A stretch of DNA of 64,000 nucleotides from contig OX597835.1 in NCBI GenBank assembly GCA_951406725.2, positions 14,508,001 to 14,572,000 of the forward strand, in the 5' to 3' direction. Positions 42,020-56,919 of the stretch are shown in pieces (position 1 is the first letter of the stretch; each line of letters begins with the position of its first letter). Below the pieces are notes generated by a model that saw only the letters and a list, made by a program, of their open reading frames with translations, searched no databases and was not told the DNA's origin. The position numbers and the translations under genes were made by a program. Source of the stretch: Octopus vulgaris. Taxonomy: Eukaryota.

Positions 42020-42490
42020 CTTTATTTTATTTATTCTTTATTATTTTATTATTATTATTTTTTATTATTTTTATTATTATTTATTTTATTATTTTATCAT
42101 TTTTATTATTTTATTGTTTTATTTTATTTTATTTATTTATTTGTTTTATTTTTTTTATTATTATTTATTTTATTATTTTTATTATTTTATCATTTTATTT
42201 TATTTATTTGTTTATTTATTTTATTATTTTTTATTATTATTTATTTCATTTATTTTTTTTATTTTTTATTATTATTTATTTTATTATTTTATTATTTTTA
42301 TTATTTTATTATTTTATTTTATTTATTTATTTATTTATTTTATCATTTTTTATTATTATTTATTTTATTATTTTATTATTGTTATTATTTTATTATTTTA
42401 TTTTATTTATTTATTTATTTATTTATTTTATTTATTTTATTTATTTATTTATTTTATTATTTTTGATTATTTTATTATTTTATTTATTCG
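42020..42490. repeat. Degenerate (TTA/TTTA)n low-complexity tract
   Basis: Direct inspection. It accounts for the F/Y/L/I-rich ORFs. Confidence 0.9.
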
Positions 42491-42906
42491 TTATTGTTTT
42501 TTCGAGAACATGAAAAATGAATCGAATGAATCTGCACTGAAAAATTCTCGGTCGATTGTTAGAAATAATTAAACATATGATAATATCGCTTCTTTGTCTT
42601 TTTTTCATTTTCTTTCTTTTTTTTTTTTATTTTTCTAAGACAGCTCGACTTCTGAATGTTAATTCCATCCGGCTCTACAACAGCAACGCACCAAACAGCG
42701 ACAAAATTCTACGACATCTTTTAAATATATGCATTGCAAATTTTGAGTTATATATATGTATTGCAAAATTCTGAATGTGTATAAATATATGTATTGCGCG
42801 CGTGCGCGTGAGTGTGTGTGTGTGTGAGCGGGTGAGTGTGTCCATCAATGTAAGTACGAACACACACATATACATATACATATGTATATGTCTCTCATTC
42901 TTTCGC

Positions 42907-42976
<70 letters not shown>

Positions 42977-43226
42977 ATATTGTTCATTCTTACGAAAAAT
43001 ATACAAGAACTGCTTAAGAAGTGCTCGGGTCGAACCGAGACAAAAGATAACAATTGAGATATAAACTCAAATTAGGCAAACGTGAATGTATATAACTATT
43101 GAAAAGGTTGCAAGACGCAATGAAAATTTTAGGGAAATAAAAATAAGAAAAGAAGTGGAAATTTTACCGGTGAGTGTGTTATATTATAAGGCACAAAAAG
43201 AAAATGACTCTCTCCAGACACAACAG

Positions 43227-43288
<62 letters not shown>

Positions 43289-44642
43289 TATATATATTTA
43301 TATTTTTATATATTTATATTTATATATATATTTATATTTTTATATGTTTATACTCATTTATATATATATTTATATTTTTATATGTTTATATTTATTTATA
43401 TATATATATATAGAGAGAGAGATTTATATATATATATATAGATTTATATTTATATATATATTTATATATATTCATATATATATATATTTTTGTATATGTG
43501 TGTGTGTGTATGTATACACTCGCATCTCTCAACCTTCCTCTCACTTTATACACACACTCACACACACATATATCTGTAAAGTTGAGGTCCTCTCACCCAC
43601 TATGTTTAAAAGTAAAAGTTCTGAGTAACCAGATTGACAGCCGACAAATATATATATACGAATTTATCATTGACTAAGTATTTTCTTATCTTGGAAAACA
43701 AGGAGTGTTTCTCTGCTACGTGTGTGTGAGAGAGAGAGAGAGAGAGAGAGTGTGTGTGTGTGTGAAAGAGAAGGTTAGAGACGATGTTGTTTTCGTTTTG
43801 TAGGGAGGGCTAACATGTACGTAGCTGAAATATGACACTTGACGCTTTACTTAGATCAATACTCATCAGCAACAAATATCTATATATGTACGGCCTGCCA
43901 AGCTGCCAGCTACACACATAACGCGGAGTACAATCAAACGCTTACATCACCAACTGCAAATTCTTCGTTCAAAACGACAGCATGAATGGAATCTTACAAC
44001 GCATGTTTTTATAGTTTGCTTTTTGAAGACTGCTGTTCTTGCTCCTTTCTATCGCCCTCTCTTTCTGCCTTTCTGCCTTTCTGCCTTTCCGCCTTTCTTT
44101 TTACCATTACTTAGCCAAGTTCATACTACGAATAGAGCAAACCATTCTCTCGTGTTCTATATTGATTGTAACAGAGAAAATATTTTGGAGATAACTTTAC
44201 TTTGGTCTTTCTGTTGCTTTTTTCGCTTCTTTCTTTTTCTTTTGGCGGTAAGAAGGTTTTGCTTAGGAATATTTGTGGAATGGCAAAAGAATCAGAGACA
44301 AAATTGAAACTTCGTCATTTTTTTGTATCAGAGTTGAACATGTGGCTATGTGGTAAGAAAGTTTGTTCCCCAGCCACATGGTTCCGGGTCCAGTCTCAGT
44401 GCGTGGCATCTTGGGCAAATGTCGTCTACCATAAACTCGAGCCCACCAAAACCGTGTGAGTGAATTTGGTAGATGGAAACTGAAAGAAGCCCGTCGTGTA
44501 TGTATATATATATGTATATTTATATATAGATAGATAGATATATAAAAGATACAGAATTAATTTCTTCTCAAACGCATGATAATGCTAATACAATAGCATG
44601 AACAGAATAAACTAACCATATATTGCAGAAAAATTCGTTACA

Positions 44643-44715
44643 GGCCAGCCAAGAGACTCGAACTCGCATTCCTGTGATTACGCATCAAGTGCTTTACCTT
44701 TATGCTAAACTGCCC
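44643..44715 (-). pseudogene. tRNA-like sequence (anticodon loop reads CGT, Thr-like), probably a pseudogene or repeat-borne
   Basis: GGCAGTT-TAGCATAAAGGTAAAGCA-CTTGA-TGCGTAA-TCACA-GGAAT-GCGAG-TTCGAGT-CTCTT-GGCTGGC-C. Cloverleaf spacing is correct, but the acceptor, anticodon and T stems carry mismatches. Confidence 0.6.
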
Positions 44716-44842
44716 AGTAATGAAGCTCTGCAATTTTAGGATTTATAAATCTATCTTTATAAAACGCTAACGTTAACTTCAACTTACGATCAAAGCAACG
44801 ATTTTCCCGTAGTATATACGTAAGAAGCCCGTAGTATATACG

Positions 44843-44883
<41 letters not shown>

Positions 44884-45227
44884 TTACTGTTTGTGAGTAT
44901 GTGTGTGTGTGTGTGTATGCTTCGACATCACATGGTTGTTGTGTGTTATTGTTATGCCAGGGGCCGCTTTCATTTCCAGTCTTCCGTGAAAACCATGTCT
45001 GGTCATAGGAAAAAGATTACTTTTCACGAAGACAAATTAGAGTTGGTGATGGAAGGGTATCCAGCCGTAGAGAATCGTCCTCAACAAATACCGATGACGT
45101 TAAGATGATGACGATGATAAAGGTAATGATAATAATGATGCTGTTGAAGATGTTAAAGATAATTGGTGCATATAATACATACATACATGCATACATACAT
45201 ACATACATACATACATACATACATACA

Positions 45228-45263
<36 letters not shown>

Positions 45264-45394
45264 TATGTGAATATATCTAGATTGAAGGAGTGAAACAGGT
45301 AAATCATGCTACCTGATTCAATCCCTCAATTTGTATTTTTATTTGCACCTGTCGCAGCATTTCAGCTAACTCGGAGCTATATAGAAACTATGAG

Positions 45395-45456
<62 letters not shown>

Positions 45457-45834
45457 TATATCTAGATTGAAGGAGTGAAACAGGTAAAAATTATGCTATC
45501 TGATTCAATCCCTCAATCTGCATTTTTATTCGCACCTGTCGCAGCTTTTGAACTAACTCGGAGCTATATAGAAACTATGAGCTTAACGAAATTCTTTGCG
45601 ACTTCGATGTGAAAAAAAAATTCAAGTAACTTTCAATGCCAATAAATTTTTATTGCATCTTATCGCATACTGTCCACTTTTTGCTTTCTCTACTGACTGC
45701 CAACTGCTTCAAGCTTACAAACTTCCTACAATCGGATCCCCGGATCATATATGTGTGCATATGCGTGTGTATGTGTATGTGTGTTTTATACATACATGCA
45801 TAATATATACATATTCTTTTATTTTTTTATTCTT

Positions 45835-46252
45835 TTACTAGTTTCCGTCATTTTAAATGTGGCCATGCTGGAGCACCGCCTTTTTAGTTGAAGAAATCGA
45901 CCCTTGGACTTATTCTTCGTAAGCCTGGTACTTATTCTATTTGTCTTCTTTGCTGAACTGCTAAGTTACGAGGACATAAACACACCAAGATCGGCTGTCA
46001 AGCGATGTTGGGGGAACAGACACAAACACACAATATATACTGAAAGATACTGAAAGAAGCCCGTCGTGTGTGTGTGTATATACGCACAAACACGACGGGC
46101 TTCTTTCAGTATCCGTCTACCAAATTCACTCACAAGGCTTTGGACGGCCTGAGCCTATAGTAGAAGATACGTTTCCAAGATGCGATGCAGTGGGACAGAA
46201 CCTGGAACCATGTGGTTGGGAAGCAAGCTATTTAACACACGACACGTCCGCG

Positions 46253-46254
<2 letters not shown>
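45835..46254 (-). mobile_element. SINE family B (diverged), head-to-head with the next copy
   Basis: Reverse complement of the family B tail, body and head. Confidence 0.8.
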
Positions 46255-46287
<33 letters not shown>

Positions 46288-46288
46288 C

Positions 46289-46321
<33 letters not shown>

Positions 46322-46323
<2 letters not shown>

Positions 46324-46740
46324 CGCAGGAGTGGCTGTGTGGTAAGTAGCTTGCTTCCCAACCACATGGTTCCGGGTTCAGTCCTGTATGGCATCTTGGG
46401 CAAGTGTCTTCTGCTATAGCCTCGGGCCGACCAATGCCTTGCGAGTGGATTTGGTAGACGGAAACTGAAAGAAGCCTGTCGTATATATGTATATATATAT
46501 ATATATATGCGTGTCTGTGTTTGTGTGTCAGTGTTTGTCCCCCTAGCATTGCTTGACAACCAATGCTGGTGTGTTTACGTCCCCGTCACTTAGCGGGTCG
46601 GCAAAAAGAGACCGATAGAATAAGTACTGGGCTTACAAAGAATAAGTCCCGGGGTCGATTTGCTCGACTAAAAGGCGGTGCTCCAGCCTGGCCGCAGTCA
46701 AATGACTGAAACAAGTAAAAGAGTAAAAGAGAGTAAGAGT
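46322..46740 (+). mobile_element. Full-length SINE family B
   Basis: GGCGCAGGAGTGGCTGTGTGG...GAAACAAGTAAAAGAGTAAAAGA. Confidence 0.9.
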
Positions 46741-46974
46741 ATATATATAGCCTTCTTCAGCCGCGTACAATTACCACACCAAAGGCATGTATTACATTAT
46801 AGCAGACTTGAGAAGAAGTTTGGGAAAAAAAGCGGGTTTCATTGGGAAGGCAAATCCTCATAGTCGTATATGGCATAGCAAGACACCAAAACAAAACGTT
46901 TTTCACTCGATGAAAAATGAGGGGGTTAGATGTTGAGAGAAAGAGGGAAGAAGTGGAAGGGGGGGAACCTTTAA

Positions 46975-47106
<132 letters not shown>

Positions 47107-47107
47107 T

Positions 47108-47160
<53 letters not shown>

Positions 47161-47171
47161 CACACATATAT

Positions 47172-47402
47172 ATTTCTTTACTACCCACAAGGAGCTAAAC
47201 ATAGAGGGGACAAACAAAGACAGACAAAGGGATTAAGTCGATTACATCGACCCCAGTGCGAAACTGGTACTTAATTTATCGACCCCGAAAGGATGAAAGG
47301 CAAAGTCGACCTCGGCGGAATTTGAACTCAGAATGTAACGACAGACGAAATACGGCTACGCATTTCGCCCGGCGTGCTAACGTTTCTGCCAGCTCGCCGC
47401 CC
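47172..47402 (-). mobile_element. SINE family C
   Basis: Single-unit copy, close to 6028-6257. Confidence 0.88.
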
Positions 47403-47466
47403 TTACACACATATATATACCCATATACACACACACATATATATATATACATACACACACACAGAC

Positions 47467-47508
<42 letters not shown>

Positions 47509-48232
47509 ACCTTTGAAACAAATGTAAAATGATCTGTTCATTGGTTAAATGATGCATATGAGAGAAATATAATTAAACTAAATCAAATGTTATTAAAGAA
47601 TATTACAAAAATGTAGAATAATATAAAACAAAAGTAAACCAAGGCGATAATTAAATGGAAAATGATATTGCAGATGAAATTATCGTAAGAATCACTGTGA
47701 AGAATTTCCGAAAATTTTCCAAGAGAATTTTATGTATCGCAAAGTAAACGATTATAAGATTGAGACTGAATAAAATAAAAATTATATTTGAAGTTTTTGA
47801 TAAAAAAAAAAATAAATAAATAAATAAATAAACAACAAAAATTATAAATATCAGAACCGTTAAATGTTTTTAGATGTGAGAACGGAAAAATTTTGGGAAT
47901 AATTAAGATGAAGTAACGGTGCTGCGTTGATTACGTAATGTTTTAAAATGAAGTAATAAATAACTGGAATAAACTTTGTCGTCAGCAATTTCTATATTCA
48001 AATCTAATCAGGTTCGATTTGAAATATGCTCTGTGTACGAGGAGGCATAGCTGTGTGGATAAGAAGTTCGCTTCGCGACTATGTGGTTTCGCGGGTTCAG
48101 TTCCACCGCGCGACAACTTTTGCTGAGTGTCTTCTATTATAACCTTGGATCGACCAATGGCTCGTGGCCTTGTGAGTGAATTTGGTAGACGAAAAAACCG
48201 CGAGGAAGCCTATCGTGTATATATATATATAT

Positions 48233-49175
<943 letters not shown>

Positions 49176-49179
49176 AGAA

Positions 49180-49939
49180 CAAACAAAGGGATTAAGTCGA
49201 TTATATCGACCCCAGTGCGTAACTGGTACTTATTTAAACGTTAGCACACCGGGCGAGATGCGTAGCCGTATTTCGTCTGCCGTTACGTTCTGAGTTCAAA
49301 TTCCGCCGAGGTCGACTTTGCCTTTCATCCTTTCGGGGTCGATAAATTAAGTACCAGTTACGCACTGGGGTCGATGTAATCGACTTAATCTGTTTGTCTT
49401 CTCTGTGTTTAACCCCTTGTGGGTAGTAAAGAAATAGGTACTTATTTAATCGACCCCGAAAGGATGAAAGGTAAAGTCGACCTCGGCGGAATTTGAACTC
49501 AGAACGTAGCGGCAGACGAAATATCTATTTCTTTATTACCCACAAGGGGCTAAACACAGAGAGGACAAACAAGGACAGACAAACGGATTAAGTCGATTAT
49601 ATCGACCCAGTGCGTAACTGGTATTTAATTTATCGACCCCGAAAGGATGAAAGGTAAAGTCGACCTCGGCGGAATTTGAACTCAGAACGTAGCCGCAGAC
49701 GAAATGCCTATTTCTTTACTTCCCACGAGGGGCTAAACACAGAGAGGACAAACAAGGACAGACAAACGGAATAAGTTGATAATATCGACCCAGTGCGTAA
49801 CTGGTACTTATTTAATCGACCCCGAAAGGATGAAAGGTAAAGTCGACCTCGGCGGAATTTGAACTCAGAACGTAACGGCAGACGAAATACCGCTAAGCAT
49901 TTCGCCCGGCGTGCTAACGATTCTGCCAGCTCGCCGCCT
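49180..49939 (-). mobile_element. Multi-unit SINE family C with an opposite-orientation family C copy nested inside (about 49236-49437, +)
   Basis: Three repeats of the approximately 183-bp unit. The nested copy is flanked by a duplicated GGTACTTATTTAA (about 49225 and 49437). Confidence 0.85.
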
Positions 49940-49941
49940 TT

Positions 49942-50022
49942 AGCTTACAACTGTTTCTGCTATAGATGTAGTGGACTCGTAGTAGGGTGCCTGAGTCAAG
50001 ACCTTACAGCTTCATCAGAACC
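49942..50022 (-). ncRNA. Hammerhead-like motif with canonical core and extended helix II
   Basis: GGUU-CUGAUGA-A-GCUGUA...GACUC...GAGUC...UAUAGC-A-GAA-ACAGUUGU-A-AGCU. Confidence 0.55.
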
Positions 50023-50099
50023 CCAGTCATAAAGTTCATAAGATAAGCGTTTATTCCATTGTTATCTTTTTCTTATCACCGCTCTATATTCGACGAACA

Positions 50100-50327
50100 T
50101 GGCGAGCTGACAGAAACGTTAGCACGCCGGGCGAAATGCTTAGCGGTATTTCGTCTGCCGTTACGTTCTGAGTTCAAATTCCGCCGAGGTCGACTTTGCC
50201 TTTCATCCTTTGGGGGTCGATAAATTAAGTACCAGTTACGTACTGGGGTCGATGTAATCGACTAAATCCCTTTGTCTGTCCTTGTTTGTCCCCTCTGTGT
50301 TTAGCCCCTTGTGGGTAGTAAAGAAAT
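50100..50327 (+). mobile_element. SINE family C with 15-bp TSD
   Basis: TATATTCGACGAACA occurs at 50085-50099 and 50329-50343. Confidence 0.9.
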
Positions 50328-51010
50328 ATATATTCGACGAACACTTCGTTCAGAAGCATTAGTATATTGAGTCCTACACCAGGTTAATAGTTCCGTAATG
50401 CCTAAGCGAAGCTTTAAAACATGTGTATGTATGCGTGTGTGTATGTGTGTGTTTGTATGTGTGTGTGCGTGTGTTGAGAATGAAGTGCGCTAAATTCCAT
50501 TGTAGGCTTCATGACAAATCCAACTGGGATTATCAAAAAATGCAAATTATTCCAGGAGTTTCAATGCATGTTAGCTTGGGTAATTAAGAAAATCCCTGAA
50601 AACTCCGTTCTTGATTAAAACGTGCAAAAAAATAAACACAAAAATAGTTAGATTGGAACACAAACGGAAAAGGATTTCTAAGCAGTGGATTAGCAAAAAG
50701 GTTTAGTGTGTGACACAAAAACAAATTAACTACAAATGAAGGAGAGTAGAAAACAAAAAAGAAAAAAGAAAGAAAGCGCGAATCACAGAGATAATGAGAA
50801 AAGCGTCGATTCGAAAAAGATAAAATGGAGGAAACAAAATGGCGCGGAAGTGAAAGGATTATGGTGTTGAGCTAAAGACGTTAATAGGGTTTGTAGAATA
50901 TTAACTTTCGAAAAAGTATAAGCGAAAAGTAATAGGTTCAAGAGATAGATCGAGAAACGACAGAGACGTGTCTATAAAACACGGTACACATGATGAGAGA
51001 AGGAGAGAGA

Positions 51011-51072
<62 letters not shown>

Positions 51073-51296
51073 TGCTTGTGCTAATACATACTTCGATAAA
51101 AAGCCATTAGAAATTACCGTATACGTTATATTATATTATATTATATTATATTATATTATATTATATTATATTATATTATATTATATATATATCTTTACAG
51201 GCGCAAACGCACACACAAACAAACACACATACACACACACACACACAGAAGCATCTCAAAGGTAAAACATACCTCTCATTTTATATATGCGCGCGC

Positions 51297-51360
<64 letters not shown>

Positions 51361-51544
51361 ATATATACATGCATACATATATATATTCATATACACACAT
51401 ATATATACTCACGTATATATGTATATACTCATACATATAGATATGTGTACACATATTTATATCTATATACATACATTTATGCATGCATACATACGTATAT
51501 CTATTTATCTATCTTTCTATACATACACACATACATAATACATA

Positions 51545-51990
51545 CATACGTATATGTGTGTATGTGTGTATACGTATGTATGAATGTGTGTGTGTATACG
51601 TATGCATGAATATGTATGTGTATACGTATGTATAAATATGTGTGTGTATACGTATGTATGAATATGTGTGTGTATACGTATGCATGAATATGTGTGTGTG
51701 TATACGTATGTATGAATATGTGTGTGTGTATACGTATGTATGAATATGTGTGTGTATACGTATGTATAAATATGTGTGTGTATACGTATGTATGAATGTG
51801 TGTGTGTGTATACGTATGCATGAATATGTATGTGTATACGTATGTATAAATATGTGTGTGTATACGTATGTATGAATGTGTGTGTGTATACGTATGTATA
51901 AATATGTGTGTGTATACGTATGCATGAATATGTGTGTGTGTATACGTATGCATGAATATGTGTGTGTGTATACGGATGTATGAATGTATA
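51545..51990. repeat. Microsatellite-derived minisatellite, about 26-28-bp unit (GTGTGTATACGTATGYATRAATAT)
   Basis: TATACGTATG recurs at near-regular spacing. Confidence 0.85.
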
Positions 51991-52504
51991 TATGCATGTG
52001 TGTGTATTTAGCGTTTAATCATTAAAACGCGAGATATTGAAGATAAAACGATGTATCTTGTTGAATAAACAGAATCGTGACAGACGATACCAACGCAGAC
52101 GACAAGACTTGTCATCAACGCAAGCATGTTTTGGTTGGTCCAACGTATCTGTTAAGGCATTGCTAAATATCTGATGCAACAGGAGATATTGAGATAAGTC
52201 GTGTTTACTTAGATGAAAATGCACACAGATTATAAAACTCTACTGATTTAATGTGGAAAGCCACTTAGATGATTACAATTGATATTAACATGAAGATACG
52301 TAAACATACATATAATACACTCACACACACACACATATATATGCATATGCATAAATATTAACGTAAATATCTATGTATACATGTGTATGTATATATGTGT
52401 ATATATGTGTATATATATATGTATGTATATATATGTGTGAGTGTTTGTGTATTATATATATGTATATATATATATATATATATATCTGTGTGTATATATA
52501 TATG

Positions 52505-52551
<47 letters not shown>

Positions 52552-53079
52552 GTGCATATATGTGTATATATATGTAAGTATATGTGTGGGTGTTTGTGTA
52601 TTATATATATGTATATATATATATATATGTGCGTATATATATATATATATATATCTATATATATATGTGTATATATATGTATGTATATATGTGTATATAT
52701 ATATGTGTGTATATGTATATGTATATATGAGTGTGTATGCATATATATGTATATATATATGTGTGTGTGTGTGTGTATATATACATATACGCTTGCATGT
52801 GTGTATGTGTATAGACACATACATATGTATTATTTCGTCGAAAATGGCTTCATTTTATGAAAGCTATTACTAATAGTTTCTAAAATATAAAATATCTTTG
52901 CAGATTCAGCGAGAAAAACGTAACAACTTTCGCCATTAGTTTTTTAAGAAGGCATTTAAAGGAGAATTTGTGGTAAGCTAAGCAGATAATTCATAGAAAA
53001 TTTTTAATCTCTACTATTTATTGAATATTTATTGAATCTTATTGAATATATTTGGAAATATTAATGAATTGACTCACTC

Positions 53080-53205
<126 letters not shown>

Positions 53206-53210
53206 CGTAA

Positions 53211-53253
<43 letters not shown>

Positions 53254-53353
53254 ATACGTAATATATATATATATTCATACGTAATATATATATTATATAT
53301 ATATAATACACACACATATGTATATCTAGAAATACATTTATATATATTCACTG

Positions 53354-53387
<34 letters not shown>

Positions 53388-54817
53388 CTCTGTGTGTGTG
53401 TGTGTGTCTGTGTCTGGGTGTGTGTGTGCGCGTATGTGTGTGTGTGTACATATATATGTATATATAAGCATATACATATAGATATCAGTAAGTATGTCAA
53501 TATATAATAATAATTACGATTTATATATATATATATATAGCGTTTATATATGTTTGTATCATTGTATGTATGATGTATTTATGCATAATACATCTAGTCT
53601 ATTTCTAGTTTCTATAACGTAACGTTTATCCAACTCTGCTATGGCTTTTCGACTCCTTACGTATCTCCATTTTGAAGAATTCTAATCTTTTAATTTCACT
53701 GTGCAATATCTTTTAATATATTTCAAGAAATCAAAAAATTTGTCTGACCCTTGAGAAACCTCGAGCGTCACATAATTCTATTTTGTCAATAGCTTCTTAC
53801 TTTAACATAATCGGTGATTTGTAAGAGAATAACAGTAATATATTTTTTTTGCGTATTTCAAGAAATTCTACTCGAGGTTTTTACATTTTAATCGGCACAT
53901 GGTTAGCAAGATAACCGTTGGAGATTGGGCGATGCCATCGACCCCAGTACTCCACTGGTACTTAATTTTATCGATCCCGAAGTGATGAAAGTTATACTTC
54001 ACCTTGGCGGAATTTGAACTCGGAACGTAAAGTGCCGGAAGAAATGTCGATAAGCATTATGTTTGATGCGCTAACGATTCTCCCACTGAGCCGCCTTATA
54101 TAGACCGATCTCACCTCTAAACTACTTGTACTTATGCCTGCCGTCAACATTTATAAAACCATTGCCATTTTTTTGCGCAGACATGACTTACGACGCACAA
54201 GCGTAGCTACGTGGATAAGAAGATTGCTTTGTAACCTATGGTTTTGAGTTCAGTCCCACAGCACACCACATTGGGTAGGTGTCTTCTACTACCACCCAGG
54301 GCCCACCCATGCCCTCTAAGCGAATTTATTTAATGGAAACTGTGCGGAAGCCTCTCGTATGTATGCGTCTGTCGTTGTGTTCTTGTATTTTTCTTTGTCT
54401 CTCCAACTGCTTGACAATCATCGTTGGTTAGTTTACTTCCACGTAACTTAGCGGTTTGGCAAAAGTACAAACAGATTAATTACCAAACTTGAAAAATAAA
54501 TTTTGGGGTCAATTTTCAGTTCTATATTTAAGAAATGAAGAACTATGTACATTATTTAAATTTGACGGATATTTGTCTTCATCTTGCTTGTTGTTAACGC
54601 AACGTTTCGGCTGAAATACCCTGCAGCCTCCATTAAGTGTGTTAGAGAAATTCAAAATTTTATATTTTATATATTTTGTATATTATATTAATTATATTTA
54701 TTTTTATGCTTTGGTTATGTTTTTCACTGTTTGATTTGCCTAATAGTGGTTTTATCTCTAATTTAATTTATATATATGCACAGACATATAGGTATATATC
54801 TATGTATATTACGTATG

Positions 54818-54867
<50 letters not shown>

Positions 54868-55016
54868 TAAATACATATATGTGTGTATATATACATGCAT
54901 AAATAGATACATACTTAATACATATTTATACACACACACATGCACTCTCTCCCTCTCCCTCCCTCTCTCCCTCCCTCTCTCCCTCCCATCTCTCCTCCCT
55001 CTCTCCCTTCCTTCTA

Positions 55017-55061
<45 letters not shown>

Positions 55062-55314
55062 TCCCTGTCTCTCTCACTAAGACACACACACACACACATT
55101 CTACATTAACTAAGACACAATAATTACACCATTTCCATTCCATTTCCTCACCTGGTTTGTTTAATGAGATCTGTATTTGGTGTTTCTTCCGTTCTGCATG
55201 TAATTATAGAATATGTTTCTCAATTGTCAAGACACATCGAGACCTGCTACATCGCCAAATCGCGCGATAGACACCATCTTTTATTTTCTTATACAATCAG
55301 ATGCCTCCATTAGC

Positions 55315-55930
<616 letters not shown>

Positions 55931-56067
55931 TTAATTTGTATATCTTTTTTCTTTCTCTCTTTTATGGTCTCTATTATTTATTATTCTCCCATATGCACAC
56001 ACACACACACACACATACACACACACACATACACACACACACATATATATATCTATATATATATATA

Positions 56068-56134
<67 letters not shown>

Positions 56135-56220
56135 AAAACTATACATAGTATACAGGACATCACAAACTAATAAAAAATACATAAATACACGAGAGATAAA
56201 TACAGAACAAAATACCAAAA

Positions 56221-56279
<59 letters not shown>

Positions 56280-56566
56280 GGTGCCCCAGCATGGCTACAG
56301 CTCGTGAGCTGAAACTAGATAAAATTTTAAAATGTTTAAATATATAAATTAGAAATATTAAATTTCTAAATATCTCAGAGAGCGGTGGTGGAACGATAGA
56401 GCGGTTGTATACTGTCAACTAAATGTGACAGTCCCATAGAGGGAATTACACCGCCGCTATTTAGCCCAAGGAAGCATCAACGCTTCCTGTCGGCCTTGAC
56501 ACATTTCCTGTGTCCTTATGTTTACAAAGGGGAGAGAAGCACCACACCCAACAGCTAGGCCTTCTT

Positions 56567-56606
56567 CCAGAGACTAGTTTCTGAGTCTTACTCATCATCA
56601 GTCTGG
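56567..56606 (-). ncRNA. Minimal type-I hammerhead ribozyme motif with complete canonical core
   Basis: CCAGA-CUGAUGA-UGAGU(AAG)ACUCA-GAA-ACUAGU-C-UCUGG. It has a 5-bp helix I, a 5-bp helix II, palindromic helix III ACUAGU and a GUC cleavage triplet. Confidence 0.8.
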
Positions 56607-56919
56607 TGTAGCATGGCCTGCTAGCTGAAGATACCTGTCTAGGCTTTGTAAACACACATATATATATATTTTTCAGTGAAGTTTATTCACTGATCACCAA
56701 AATTAGAAATTACCTAGGGCTGAAGAACAACGATGTAACAGCCACAGACGGCCATTTTGAATCTTCGACGATGAACCACTGAATGCGCAGCATGATTGAT
56801 CTTCGATTAAGCGGAATCAATTGATCGACTTGTGCGTCATAAGGAGTCTGCTTTGTCGGGGCTGACCCGTGGCTATTCAATACGACCATCGTTTCCAGGA
56901 ACTCCTGCCCCATTTTTTC

